From Octopus vulgaris (Eukaryota): a DNA stretch of 64,000 nucleotides. Shown piece after piece: positions 51,441 through 64,000 of this stretch. Location: the NCBI GenBank assembly GCA_951406725.2, contig OX597815.1, positions 111,104,001 through 111,168,000 on the forward strand, written 5' to 3'. Below the pieces are notes generated by a model. That model was not told the origin of the DNA and searched no databases. It saw only the letters and a program-made list of their open reading frames with translations. Every line of letters begins with the position of its first letter. Position 1 is the first letter of the stretch. The position numbers and the translations under genes are program-made.

Positions 51441-54400
51441 GAAGTTTAATGATATTTCTGTTATTTACCCTATAGTATTAATAATACATTTTAATCAACA
51501 CTGTGTGTAATTATCTGAGACATGCAGTTGATATGTATGTACAGAATTTCATAGATAATAATAAAGAGGATTTACCGAGCAAATTCAATCCTTTTGTTAT
51601 TCTATGGGGATAAGTTACCCTCCTTAAATCCGTAAAGTTTATAATTAATGTCATTGTGATAAGTTACCTAGTGTACTCTGATAACATATCTACATAGATT
51701 TCAGCCCGGTTCTTCTGTTTCTTCCCACGAATGTACTGTGTGTAGAAACTAGAGTGCTTACATATGTCCATTGCGGACAGTATTTGGTCAAATTTAGAGA
51801 TATATTTTATAGCACAGAATAGTATGGTTACAAAACACTGTTAACGCAGTTATATTTTATTAACGGTAATATCTATTTTGTTGGTGCCATATCATATATG
51901 ATGAATACTATCTTGCAGATTCAGGGACAAAATTTTAGATTGCACTTGAATTTGTGCCAGAAACATGAGATGCAGCAGCACTGATACCATTTGCGTTTAC
52001 TATTAATATGGAACACTTAAAATGATTAAACTGTTAAAGCGATTATACATCTACCATAAAGTTTTCATCATCTATCAAAATTGACTAAAGGCAACAATCA
52101 GAATTATGCTTGTGTACTGCTTTTGTACAAGCTTGCCATGGAATTTTAACACCTGATATTTTCATTGTATATAATTATCCCATATATTCCTTGGTCGTAA
52201 TTGAGCTGATTTAAATCGACGTTTTTTCTTATTGCTTTTTTGCTGTTAGTTGAGTAGACATGCTTATGAAAGAATGAATTAATATATTTTAATATAATGC
52301 ATGATATTTTGACATTTATCGGTGTCAAAAACTTAAGTACAATTATAATGAACGATTAAACGTCAATCACTAATATAAAAATTTACAGCTAGGATTCTGA
52401 ATTTCTTTTGTTGGTATCGAAATGCATTACCCAACCATTTTTGTTTTTTGTTACAATAATCATTTCCCTTTCTCTTAATACTCAGGCTCGGGGAAAATTA
52501 TTTGTATTGCATACGTCTTAGCTTCTTTGTTACAATGCCGTTGAGCTCTGTCAGTTTATTTTGATACTAATGTTTCTTTCTTTATAGCTTCATAAAGGAC
52601 ATAAAATAATGATTTCAAGTTCTAACGCTAAATGGGAAGATAGTTTTAGTACCTAGTAGTTAACAAACAGTTGGATGCGTAACATTTCATAAGAAAGGGT
52701 AAATTGACCGAATGTATTTACAAAAAGGCACAGCTCAAAATGCAAGTATACTATATAATGCTTTATTTTGTGATTTATCGTATGAAATATAGTTTGATAA
52801 TGATTACTGAATATTGCATTGTAATTTAGTGTTGGAGCAATTACTACATTAAGTTATATACTTACTATAGTTCTTTCAGTAATTTTATCATTTAACAGGA
52901 AAATATTTATTTTTAGAAAATAGAGAACACCTTAATTGTTATTTATGTCATGGTAATACTGATAAACGATGAATTTAAATTAATAGATATTGTTTCCCAT
53001 TGACGATAAAAATATTATCTTGCTAACGATGACTTGTATGTCCGATAGGCTGTGATAGAATCTATTTGAAATGTTAATCGTCCTGGAAGTTTGACACTCA
53101 AGTATGCAAATGTTGTAAATATTTTATGTAAACCTTCTGAATTTTATTTACTTCAATGGTTTTCATCAAGAATCTCATTTCCCAGAATGCTATACGACTG
53201 TGTGTACGTACGACTGTACACACGCACACTTCTGTGTATATATACATGTATGTATATGAATATGTAGCTATGTGTATATATGTACACATATATATATATA
53301 TACATATATACATTTAAATACATTCATATATATATATATAGATATTCATTTATACATAGATACATACATATATATATACATACATATATACATTCTCATA
53401 TATATATACATACATATATACATTCATATATATATATACATACATATATACATTCATTTATATATATGCACATATATAAATACATATGTATATACATATA
53501 TATATATTTACATATATACACGCACACACATACACACACACGTTCATTTTTCTACTTCATGTCTTTTCAAAAAACAAGTTTAGCAATTGTGTTACTTTGT
53601 TTCTATATTTTCTTGCTTTAATATGTTTAACTCCTTAATATTCTGCGAATACATTTTTCTAAATTTGAATCATTTATATAGTTTAATACTTCATCTTTTG
53701 CTTTCGCTTGTTGATCTATCCTTACAGTAATTTCTTTAGCTACACAACCTTTCTTAACGGTGAGATTATATTAAGACTTTTTTTTTTGTGTGTTCAATAG
53801 ATTTTATTGTGTTATCTGATTTTATTTCCCTTAAAGTATTGCAATTCCTTTTTATTATTCGTTTCATATATTTTCCTGTTTTCCGTTCCTGTACTTGGTT
53901 TGTTGCTTCGGTGTGTTTAATTTTCTCTCATTTCAATTCTAAATTCGTTCTTTATTAAATGGTCTGTTGCGCCTCTCTTGTTGCTCTGCTATTACATCTA
54001 GAGCTTCATTGGAAATTTTCATTAACATTTCATTTTTATGATGATTGATTTTATTCCACAAATGAATAATATAACATTCAACATCGAATGTTTGTTATAT
54101 TTAGCAACATTATTGAATTCTTCAATTTGTTAATCTTACAGTAACATTTACAAAGAAATACCAGATAGTTAAAAATTACCTCCATGCACCCACTACTCTT
54201 GTCTCCTAGATATCAATTCGTGCAGCTCGATACGGTGCACAGTGTTTCCGCTGTTATACCAGATAATTCTTTGCTATTATATAGTATATTAAAAGGGTTA
54301 TACTTCTCTAAATCCGTTGGAATTTCCTTTTATACGTTATAAACAATAGTTAATTCCTTTTGCGTGATATTTTGATGAAACTATGAAACTATACTTTTCT

Positions 54401-54919
54401 ATATATAAGTTATATATCACGTTCTAATTTTTCAAGTAGTTCACCACTCAACAAAATATTTAATACTTTAAATGTGCAGCTTTGAAATATGTTTTACTAA
54501 CTGTGGGTAGCCTTATAAATGTACAGTAGTTTCAATAGGTTTTTTTGTTTCGTCAAAGGCTTGTCTGGCTTTTGACGAAATAAAGAAGGCATTGCAAGAG
54601 TTATACAGTTGTACGTGTGCAGAGGTAAAAAATAAGTTTCATAAGATTTAAAAGAAATTATGTATATATTCATAAATATATTAGAGTGTATACGAAGCAC
54701 CAGCTAGCTAGAAAGTGGAAGTAGAAACCCCCAACTTAACCACCGATCTCACTGAAAAATACGTAAACTTCCACTCTCTAGCAAGCTGCCGCTTCGTGGA
54801 ACCTCTAATATAATTATGAATTTATTGTATAGCTGTTTAATGCTAATATTGCTTGATGTCACAAATGTTATTGTTGTTGTTATTATCAATTATTCAGATT
54901 TACTGGATTTACTGCTGGA

Positions 54920-55025
<106 letters not shown>

Positions 55026-55080
55026 TATTTACGAGTATTCATTTGAATATTTACTCATTTTATGTATTTTATATTTTCGT

Positions 55081-57291
55081 TATTTAAATTAGCTTTTCAA
55101 GGGCATTGTGAAATAATAAATTCTTGTGACAAACGGGTCTCGCAATTTTAGAGGCTTGAAAAATAAGAATGAATCTAGATTCAACCTCCTTACAAGAACA
55201 AGGATAACCTGTTCATGGAAAAGTACAGACCACTTCAAAAATTATATTGAGGAGTTAGTGCTGTAGTCTTGATAGACAGAATGCTAAAAGAACTAGCATT
55301 GTCCATTCTAGAAAATAACTCCTTTTATAAAAAAAAGTTGGAAATTATAGGCAGCAAAAAACATTAAAAGATTTTGCATCTTTAATACTCAAACATAGAA
55401 AAGGCCTCACAGAAAAAGAAAAAGACTATATACCAAACATTAAATGCAAACCGAGACTTTTGTAGGGCCTCCCCAAAATTCACACGAGTCAAATAATTAC
55501 TAATGCCTGCAAATCAAATCCAGTTCTATACATAAATATCGCAACACCAGAAGACTTAAAATTAAGGCCTATTAAAAGCGGGCCCAGCCTGTGAAATATA
55601 CCGGCTAAGCAACTTTCTGGAGATACTATTGAAACCTTTCCTCAGATACGTTAAAGGTTTCATTAGAGACGATCTGGACATGCTAGAGCATCTACCAAAC
55701 ACCACAAACGAAGAAGCACTATTAGTCTCCTTCGATGTCATCAACCTCTATACCAACACTCCACATGACTTCGGAGTGGAGGCAATAAAATTCTGGTTAG
55801 AAAAATAGCCCGAAGTTCTCCCGGACCGCATAAACCAGACACTTGTCATTGAATCCCTGAAGTTCATCCTAAAAAACAATTACTTCCTATTCGATGCAAC
55901 ATATTACCGCCAAAAGTGCTGTATTGCGATGGGAACAAAATCAGCACCTGTTCTTGCCAACCTAATAATGGGTTTCTTTGAATCTACAATATATGAACTT
56001 TCGCTCCAAAAATTTGAACCCCCATTCCACCAGTATATAAGAAAAAACTGGAAAGAAAAGGCACCTAGACGATTGTTTTATCATCTCGAATGAAACCTAT
56101 GATAAACTTCTGGATTTCAAATCCATACTGAACAATATAAACTCCAATATTCAATTTACAATGGAATATAGCAAGGAACAGCTGCTCCCATTTCTGGACA
56201 TTTTGTTAATAAAAAAGTCCAACAACCAAATTGCAACTAACATCTACTACAAACCAACAGATTGAAAACAGTATCTCCTTTTAAGTTCATGCCATCCTAA
56301 ACACGGCAAAATAAATATCCAATTCAATCCAGCTAAAAGGATCTGTACAATTGTATCTGACACAACCATTCGGGAACTTCGCCTACAAGACCTCAAAATA
56401 ACATTCATTAAACTTCAGCACCTACCCGCACTTATAGGCCATGGTTGAACGTGCCAAGAAATTGGCCACACACACATTAAGGACAACAAAACAAAACATC
56501 ACACCTCACTTTACATCAATCCCATACATATCAACCCACAATCCCAGAAACAATGAAGCATACAACACTATTATACATCTCCCTCTGCTCACTCAAGACT
56601 CGAAAATGAACAACATCCTAAATACATATAAACTCCTCAAATGCAAAAGACAACTCAAATCACTCAAGAGACACCTAAAAAATGCAAAACTATACTCAAT
56701 ACATACGATACCAACAGTTAAAAAATGCAGACGACCTAATTGTAATACATGCCCATATCTAACTGAAGGCTCGGAATTCACTTTCCAACAAGGAGAAACA
56801 TTCTCAATTAAGACCAACTTTACATGTGCTTCTCAGAAACTTATCTATGTCCTAACCTGCTCAGGATGTGGCCACAATCATGTGGGCCAAACGAGCCTTA
56901 CTTTGAAACGCAGAGTCGCGATGTATAAAACACAGATTCGTTTTCCTCAGTACAGGCAGATAGTCCTGAGTGAACATATAGACAGATGCGCGAGAAATAA
57001 AACGCCGAATTTCCATAGCTTTCCATTATACCAATGCAAATATTCAATCTCCTTACAAGAAAGCCTAAAGAAGGAAAATCTGTTCATACAAAAGTACAGA
57101 CCATACCTTAATATACAAACTTGACCACTTCAAAAATTATACTGAGGAATTAGTTGTCCCCCTTGGCACCTGTTATCTCCCTTGGTCCACCCTCTAGACT
57201 CATTCTTATTTTTTAAGCATCCAAAATGGCGAGACCCCTTTGTCACAAGAATTGATTACTACACAATGTCCCTTGAAAGACTAATTTAAAT
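55081..57291 (+). mobile_element. Penelope-like element (Neptune-type), RT + GIY-YIG, with inverted pLTRs; inactivated
   Basis: GLPKIH, LRPIKSG, LVSFDVINLYTNTP, YRQKCCIAMGTKSAPVLANL, HLDDCF, PFLDI; inverted repeat 55081-55180 vs ~57193-57291; direct repeat ~55185-55258 vs ~57047-57153. Confidence 0.93.
56441..57124 (+). pseudogene. PLE linker zinc-finger plus GIY-YIG endonuclease (227-aa open segment)
   Basis: CRRPNCNTCP...FTCASQKLIYVLTCSGCGHNHVGQT..TLKRR...ENLFIQKYRPYLN. Confidence 0.9.
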
Positions 57292-57503
57292 AGTAAAAAC
57301 GGGTTGGATATCACTACATCCATAAAATATGTATACAGTTAAAAATTTTCTTTATAAAAAGATATTAAATTATGTGAAATGAAGGCATATCTTTTCCACT
57401 TTTTGTATACGTTTTCCACATATTTTCAACTCGTAATTTTGCCACGTGGTGTATACTGAATCTCCAGCATTTTTTCTCCTTTTGTATATTTTTATAATTC
57501 TCC

Positions 57504-57504
<1 letters not shown>

Positions 57505-57554
<50 letters not shown>

Positions 57555-57687
57555 GTGTGTGTGTATGTATGTATGTATGTATGTATGTATGTATGTATGT
57601 ATGTATGTATGTATGTATGTATGTATGTATGTATGTATGTATGTATGTATGTATCAATGTATGTATGTATGTATGTATGTATGTATA
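57505..57687. repeat. (TA)n(TG)n(TATG)n microsatellite
   Basis: Directly visible. Confidence 0.95.
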
Positions 57688-57972
57688 GTAAGAGGATGTA
57701 GGCAATATCCACGTAGATACTGAGTAAATTGCCAAGGCTGGTTCCTTCTGATGCCGCGTTTTTGGTAAACGTCCTTTAGCTCCCATTCCAGTTTATTTCT
57801 TCGTCACCTAGACATTATTGATAATAAAAAAAATGAAGAATTTTAACATTCACACTTTATGTTTATTTCCAGTTAGTTTATTCATAATAATAATCCAGCA
57901 CGTGTTTCAACCGCACCAAATGCATATTGTTTCATATTCATATGCAGCAATTTATGCATTATTAGTATGATA

Positions 57973-58348
57973 GGAGGCGCAGTGGTTAGGGCAGCGGACT
58001 CGCGGTCCTAGGATCGCGGTTTCGATTCCCAGACCGGGCGTTGTGAGTGTTTATTGAGCGAAAACACCTAAAGCTCCACGAAGCTCCAGCAGGGATGGTG
58101 GTGATCCCTGCTGTACTCTTTAACCACAACTTTCTCTTACTCTTACTTCCTATTTCTGTTGTACCTGTATTTCAAAGGGCCGGCCTTGTCACTCTCTGTG
58201 TCACGCTGAATATCCCCGAGAACTACGTTAAGGGTACACGTGTCTGTGGAGTGCTCAGCCACTTACACGTTAATTTCACGAGCAGGCTGTTCCGTTGATC
58301 GGATCAACCGGAACTCTCATCGTCATAACCGACGGAGTGCTTCCATCC
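57973..58348 (+). mobile_element. Young full-length tRNA-derived SINE with 12-bp TSD
   Basis: Head 'ggaggcgcagtggttagggcagcggactcgcgg...ggtttcgattccc'; CpG-rich; internal hairpin cagcagggat-ggtggtg-atccctgctg; perfect TSD attagtatgata at 57961-57972 and 58349-58360. Confidence 0.95.
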
Positions 58349-58985
58349 ATTAGTATGATATCTTCAGGGCATAATAGTATGACATTCTTCAAAGGAGAAT
58401 TTCCCACCGCTGTTAGTTTAAATTAGGCTTGGTAGTAGTAGTAAACCATGACATTCTTCTGGGATGTTTTTCTCAATTGTTTGTCCGGCAAAAATTCAGT
58501 AGCAGCAGCAGCACTGTTTGTTGAAGTTAGCAAATGTTCTTGGCTAGGTGAGGAGTTGTTACTTATAGAATATTTCTTTTTGATTGATTCTACATACTTG
58601 ATTATATTATTTGAATTTGTGAAGTTTATTAATAGTAGTAGTGGATAATCACTAAGCGGTAAGAAGCACGTTATTAAAAGGAAGTAGTCAGTTGTATTTT
58701 AGGTTCTTCTAACATATTATTATTGTTTTAAAGCGTTTTTAGGTTATATTATATATAATCTTATAAATTGAATTCTATCATTATATCCTTTATAAGCGTC
58801 TTTATTACTATAGTTAATTTAGTTTCTTAGAGAGAAAAAATATTGAAATTATTTAAACTAATACATTTTATTATTTAAATAAAAACAAATAGGCGTTGGA
58901 CTAGTATTATAAATAAACCTACTGGAAATAAACATAAAGTATGAATGTTCCAACTCTTCGTTTTGTTTATTATCGATATTGTACT

Positions 58986-59330
<345 letters not shown>

Positions 59331-59459
59331 TGTGATTTCGTATGTGTGTGTATGCATGCGTTTATTGCGTTTATATAATACACACATACTGCATAATGAA
59401 ATACAAAATAAATTAAGGATAATAACCCCGTAAAATTGTATTTAAAAAGTAGCTGCATT

Positions 59460-62400
59460 AATTATTCTGTTAGTAGACAAGGTGAGTTTTCAGAATTCGA
59501 TATATACAGTTTATTATCTTGGTGACATTTTGGGAGAAAGAGGGTATTGTAAAATTCTAAAATATCAATGCATATCACTTGTGAACAACAGGTCTATTTT
59601 GTTCTGTACCACCCATTAAATTTCACATAATCTCTTGGCAAAAGCCGCGCGTGCTGTGAACTAGAATCATAAAAGAATAAATGGCAGAGAGGTGTCAGTT
59701 TAATTCTTGGAACAATGAAATGTTGTCTTAATGCTCATTTTCTGTAACAGCATCATCTTAAATCATACGTTTATATCATTGGTTTATCCTGATTATTTTT
59801 TTCCTTTGCAAATCCATGTATTCTTTTGAAGGTTTCGCAATTGTTCAGAGATAATTGTACAAAGTACCATCGTTATCGAACGTGTGGAATCTTTTGTGAC
59901 TGTTTTGCCCTCTGGTGTGTTGATACTGTTCTCTTTAAGGAAATTAACAAGAGCATCGTTACAAAATTATTGCTCTATTTGAGAAAGGTGCAGGAACTGG
60001 GCTTCCAACGATCGATCATTTGATTTTGATTCGATGGAAATAAAACATCGATTGGAAGATTAATTTTAGTAATAGTATCTTGTTGCCTCTCAACATCACC
60101 AACACGCACCATAAAATCAACACTTTATAACTTTCCCCCTCGTTTCTCTAGTTGAATACTGAATTAATTTTCAGTTTCATCAAATTCTTCCAAAATGAAG
60201 AAGCTGAGCCTCGGTAGTTTCACGATAGCCTCTGCCAACAGTCTTTAAACAACAATGTGGCTGCCGATTCTTGCCTTCAGAAGGCAAATCATTTAAACAA
60301 CAAAAGACAATACAAATTGAGATCAACATCGTAAAATACACCCCGTGACATTTTTAGTGATTCAATATAAAACTACAGCAGTGAATTATGTTTGCGACTT
60401 CATTGTTGGTATTACAACTACAACCAGAATATCTATCAATAGAAATTGAACTAGAAATAGTGAATGAAATATATATCATTTGTAGAACAATGCGAGCAGT
60501 TTTGTGAAGGTAACAGTTATTGATCCAAACATGCTTCCATACACTTAATAGAAATTTGGAAATAATTTTTCCTTCCAGAACAGCCAAAAAATCAAATATA
60601 TATTTAATATTAGGTTGAAGAAACATATGACTTGCATTAAGATGTTAAAAGCGTGGCATAGAATTTGATCTTTCTTTAAAGAATTTTTCTAGCTTTTTTG
60701 TTAATATTTGGTGGCAAGATCAAAACATTCCGATGTATTTGGTGTAGTCACCCAGTGATGATTTGGTTATGGGAAATTCGTTTTCATTGATAGGAAGTGT
60801 ACAATTCAGTGATAACACACTTTTCAACTATTTATAATCGATGTCAAGTAACTGTAACCCTTAGGTAACTGTAATTTGCTAGGTAACTGCAATTTTAACG
60901 GGCTAAGGTTTTATAAACCAACAATATTTCATTAAGAGGCGTGGAATATGACGTGAAGAATAAGTTACAAATCAATATATATTTATAATTCCTTTTCCAT
61001 CACCATAATCAGTACATTCTATAAAGCGCTTTTTATTATTAATTTCTTGTACTTTTGGTAGTTATGCCCCTTAGGTCCTGTAGTGAAGATAACTGCAGCA
61101 AAATCTTACTCATATGATATTTTTCACAAACTCAAGAGGTCTTAAAGTAGATTCTTTGTGTTGATGTCCGTGCATTGCTTTTGTCTATTTGACCAATCTA
61201 TTCTAAACATTGCTGTTGGAAATTAAAGAACGTTACATCTTAAGTAGAATAATCCGTGCGGTTTGTAGTAAGGCATTGAATGAATGTAGTCTTCTGACCT
61301 CTATTCACTTTAAGTATTCTTAATACGTATCGGCAATTCATTTTCACAATGAACCAATTATTTCAACAGAAAGAATGCGAACCCTCAATGGATGCCAAAG
61401 TGCTTCTGAAGCATATGAATACTTGACAACAATGCTACATTTTGGTTCATTAATTCATAAGTTCTCTTCAATAAAAACAACAAAAATTCTATCAATGCTT
61501 TGAATGCATACTTGTACCTATATTCGGATATAACGCAGGATCAAAATTCAAATAATACGTGCATTATATTTCCTGAAGCTCCGGCACATGTTGCTTAGCA
61601 TATATACAACATATGTTGTGATGCATGTCTCTATCGATATACATTCCAGCAAAGGTGTACAGTTGGAAATAGCAATTTTTTAAATAATTATCTCCTCTGA
61701 AGTATTTTCTTTGATACAAAGACGCACAGACTGCAGTTCAAAATGATTTGCTGTAGTTCTAAAAGACTAATATCAGGAACTTTGTGTTTATGCAAATATA
61801 GATATTGGCTGCTAAGTGAGGTTTATCTTGTTATTCCCAGATTACCTGCAGTGGTGCATATGGAAGATGGAAGACCTCTTTTCTGAAATACAAAGTATCT
61901 GATTTTTAAAGTATATTCTTGTAAACATCTTTTAAATACTCTTGTATTTTCTAATTTCATGCTATCGAAAATGAGCTCTAGCAGTTCATGTAACGAAGGA
62001 TGCAACGAAGATCTGTAACAATCTGGATTTGCATGTGAATGTAAAGAGTAGTTCTGAATTCCTGTGGAATGCCCTCCTCATTAATGAATATGGAAGTACA
62101 ACATACATTTTCTTTCATTTCGGTTTTATTAATCAAACCTTGATAGCAGTCTACTTTTAGACTTTTTTTTATTCTTTAAACTGTTAAAACCACAACTTCA
62201 AATATGCAATGTGTTTCGACAATCTATGCTTATGATAATATTTCACCCATTGACACATTTTACAAGTATTCATCTAAGGTATCATCTAGTATGCATAATC
62301 GTTTATCTGTGTTAGTAGTTTGTAACACTTTCTACATCATGTTCTAACTTATCTTTCTCTTCTCTTGGAAAGCAAATAATAAAATTTAATATACCCTGAA

Positions 62401-63680
62401 TCTGAATCTTTTGCTTCATCCGCTGCATAAAACAATGTTACGAGACCTCTGTTTCTTACTTAAGTTCTAGCAGACGTTCTAAGAACAGCTGTTATTTTTA
62501 GAAGTAATTGTAGCATCATAGTTTCTCGCAGAATATAAAATGAAAATATAATTAGCATTCCACGTGTCACAGTTGTTAATCGATATAATATGCCGTATGT
62601 AGAGTTCATTTTGCACTGTACTTAATCAAAACGCAGTTTGGTAATATCTACATCTGTTCTTTCAAAGTTAATGTATGCACATAAGCTTGTCAGTCAAAAA
62701 GTGTGTTCACAGATATAGACTTGGGTAACTGTTAGGGTTACAGTTGTAAAAGGTCACACATAGCAACTTCGAACACACTACCACCATTTTTTAATCTATT
62801 ACTTGCTATACCCAACGAAAAAGTTCATTCCACGTTCTAACTATAGGTGTTCTGTCAAAATAAATTCAGAGCCATATACAATAACGCTGTAAGTCTGACA
62901 ATATTTCTTTTGCAGGACAAATAAATAATAAAGGGAAAACGGGGTTTGCATAGTTGAGCTAATTTTACGATCGTTTTAGTATTGCTGTTATTGGCATTCA
63001 CAAAATTATCAGTCTGATATGACATAAATGATAACTGCTTACAAAAAATTGTCCTGAATACACCTATCAGGGCCCTTTGATTTACAATCATCCGAGTGAA
63101 CGAGTAAGAAATGATGAGAAGCTTATTACGTTGTTACTCAAGATTTCTTTTTGATTATGTCATAATATTTGTATTATTTATCCATCGATTAATTCTTGTA
63201 GTATGTCACTTAGTATGAATGTCTTTTCGAATATTCCATTAACGAGTTTCTTCATTAAGCAAACACAAACTTTTTTTGTTCATTTTGAGATTCTCAAATA
63301 ATAGACTATTATGTTTATTTATCATTAATAATAAGCTGGCGTAGGTTGTTGGTAAAAATATAATTTGCGACCTGTTGTGATTTGGTATTGTAATATGTTT
63401 TGAGTAAAGTTACAGTAATAAAGAGGAAATTTTGCTAGCGATAAAGTAGCATTCTACACAAATATATTATTTTCACAAAGTATAAAAAATGACGAACAAA
63501 AAATTAATGGGGTAGGGGGGTGCACAGATCTTTCTATTACATAGTCACCAGCGATGAATTGTTGTCCTTACGTCAATAGGAATGAGGGAAAGTATTTTCA
63601 AACCGTTAAGGAGATCTAATCAGTAAAGTATAAATGATGCTAAAATTGTCGGAGAACAGACAAAGCATCTATACAAAAGC
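59460..63680 (-). mobile_element. Near full-length but decayed Helitron Rep/Helicase
   Basis: In order on the minus strand: VVLPYS (~62085), LLFTFTC (~62030; Rep motif 1), YFVFQKRGLP (ORF 61823-62005; Rep motif 2), ASEALW (~61400), Pif1-like ISIDRYSGCS..EVANII (ORF 60354-60626), SSFWKNLMKL (~60190), VPRIKLTP..LPFILL...ARAAFA (~59640-59715). Confidence 0.82.
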
Positions 63681-63809
63681 ACACACACATATCTATCTCT
63701 GTGTGTTTTCGCTTCCTCTAGCTATCCATATCCCCATATATATGCTGACAGACAGACACATACACATCTTTTAAAACAAAAGAGTAAATTTCGAGCGCAG
63801 TCTAGCGGT

Positions 63810-63885
63810 AAAAACCAGCAAAGATTGGGAAGTGGGGAAAAACTTGCCAGCAGGCGGTTACAGGAATCGAACCCAGTACCCTTCA
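63810..63885 (-). mobile_element. tRNA-derived SINE head fragment
   Basis: Minus strand B-box 'gggttcgattcc' followed by 'gcctgctggcaagt'. Confidence 0.45.
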
Positions 63886-64000
63886 TATATATATATATGG
63901 GGGTATGTGTGTTCAGTTTTTGTGGAATGACCTAAACAAGTGATTTGTCTATAGTGATCAAATATATGTGCTGTACATATGCTCACCTCCTTCATCGAGT

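Noticed and set aside
51500-54400. Possible very old minus-strand LINE ORF2 remnant (ELNGIV near 52540, IPTKE near 52410)
   Set aside because: Motifs are too degraded to support by eye; needs a frameshift-aware search
57973-58045. tRNA gene (also at 9208, 10831, 21033 and 47804)
   Set aside because: A/B boxes are present but there is no complete cloverleaf and each continues into a SINE body; some have TSDs
58380-58650. Possible host exon (slightly higher-complexity sequence)
   Set aside because: No convincing splice-site-bounded ORF or recognisable protein similarity; small exons elsewhere cannot be excluded without RNA-seq

Overview
AT-rich, microsatellite-saturated eukaryotic DNA with no host protein-coding exon that I can support. 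It is probably intergenic or large-intron sequence, and the SINE and repeat complement looks like an octopus/cephalopod genome (inference). The window is almost entirely transposon debris: a decayed CR1-group LINE, three decayed Rep/Helicase Helitrons plus non-autonomous Helitron/Helentron elements, two mariner elements, a Tigger/pogo deletion derivative, several Penelope-like elements (PLEs), five R4/Dong-like RLE non-LTR fragments (three abutting (AAT)n tracts), several tRNA-derived SINE families and a ~570-bp foldback element. Most short ORFs in the track are microsatellite artefacts. Four observations stand out. (1) A tRNA-headed SINE carries a minimal hammerhead ribozyme and shows Penelope-type inverted-end/tail geometry (three copies). 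(2) A head-to-tail array of an ORF1-only (HAL1-like) L1/Tx1-type element lies at 16.2-20.5 kb. (3) A SINE multimer appears to have been built by site-specific insertion into its own head. (4) The ORF1-only element, the multimer-forming SINE variant and an orphan LINE end share a 3' tail motif. All alignments were done by eye and boundaries are approximate unless a TSD or TIR is quoted.
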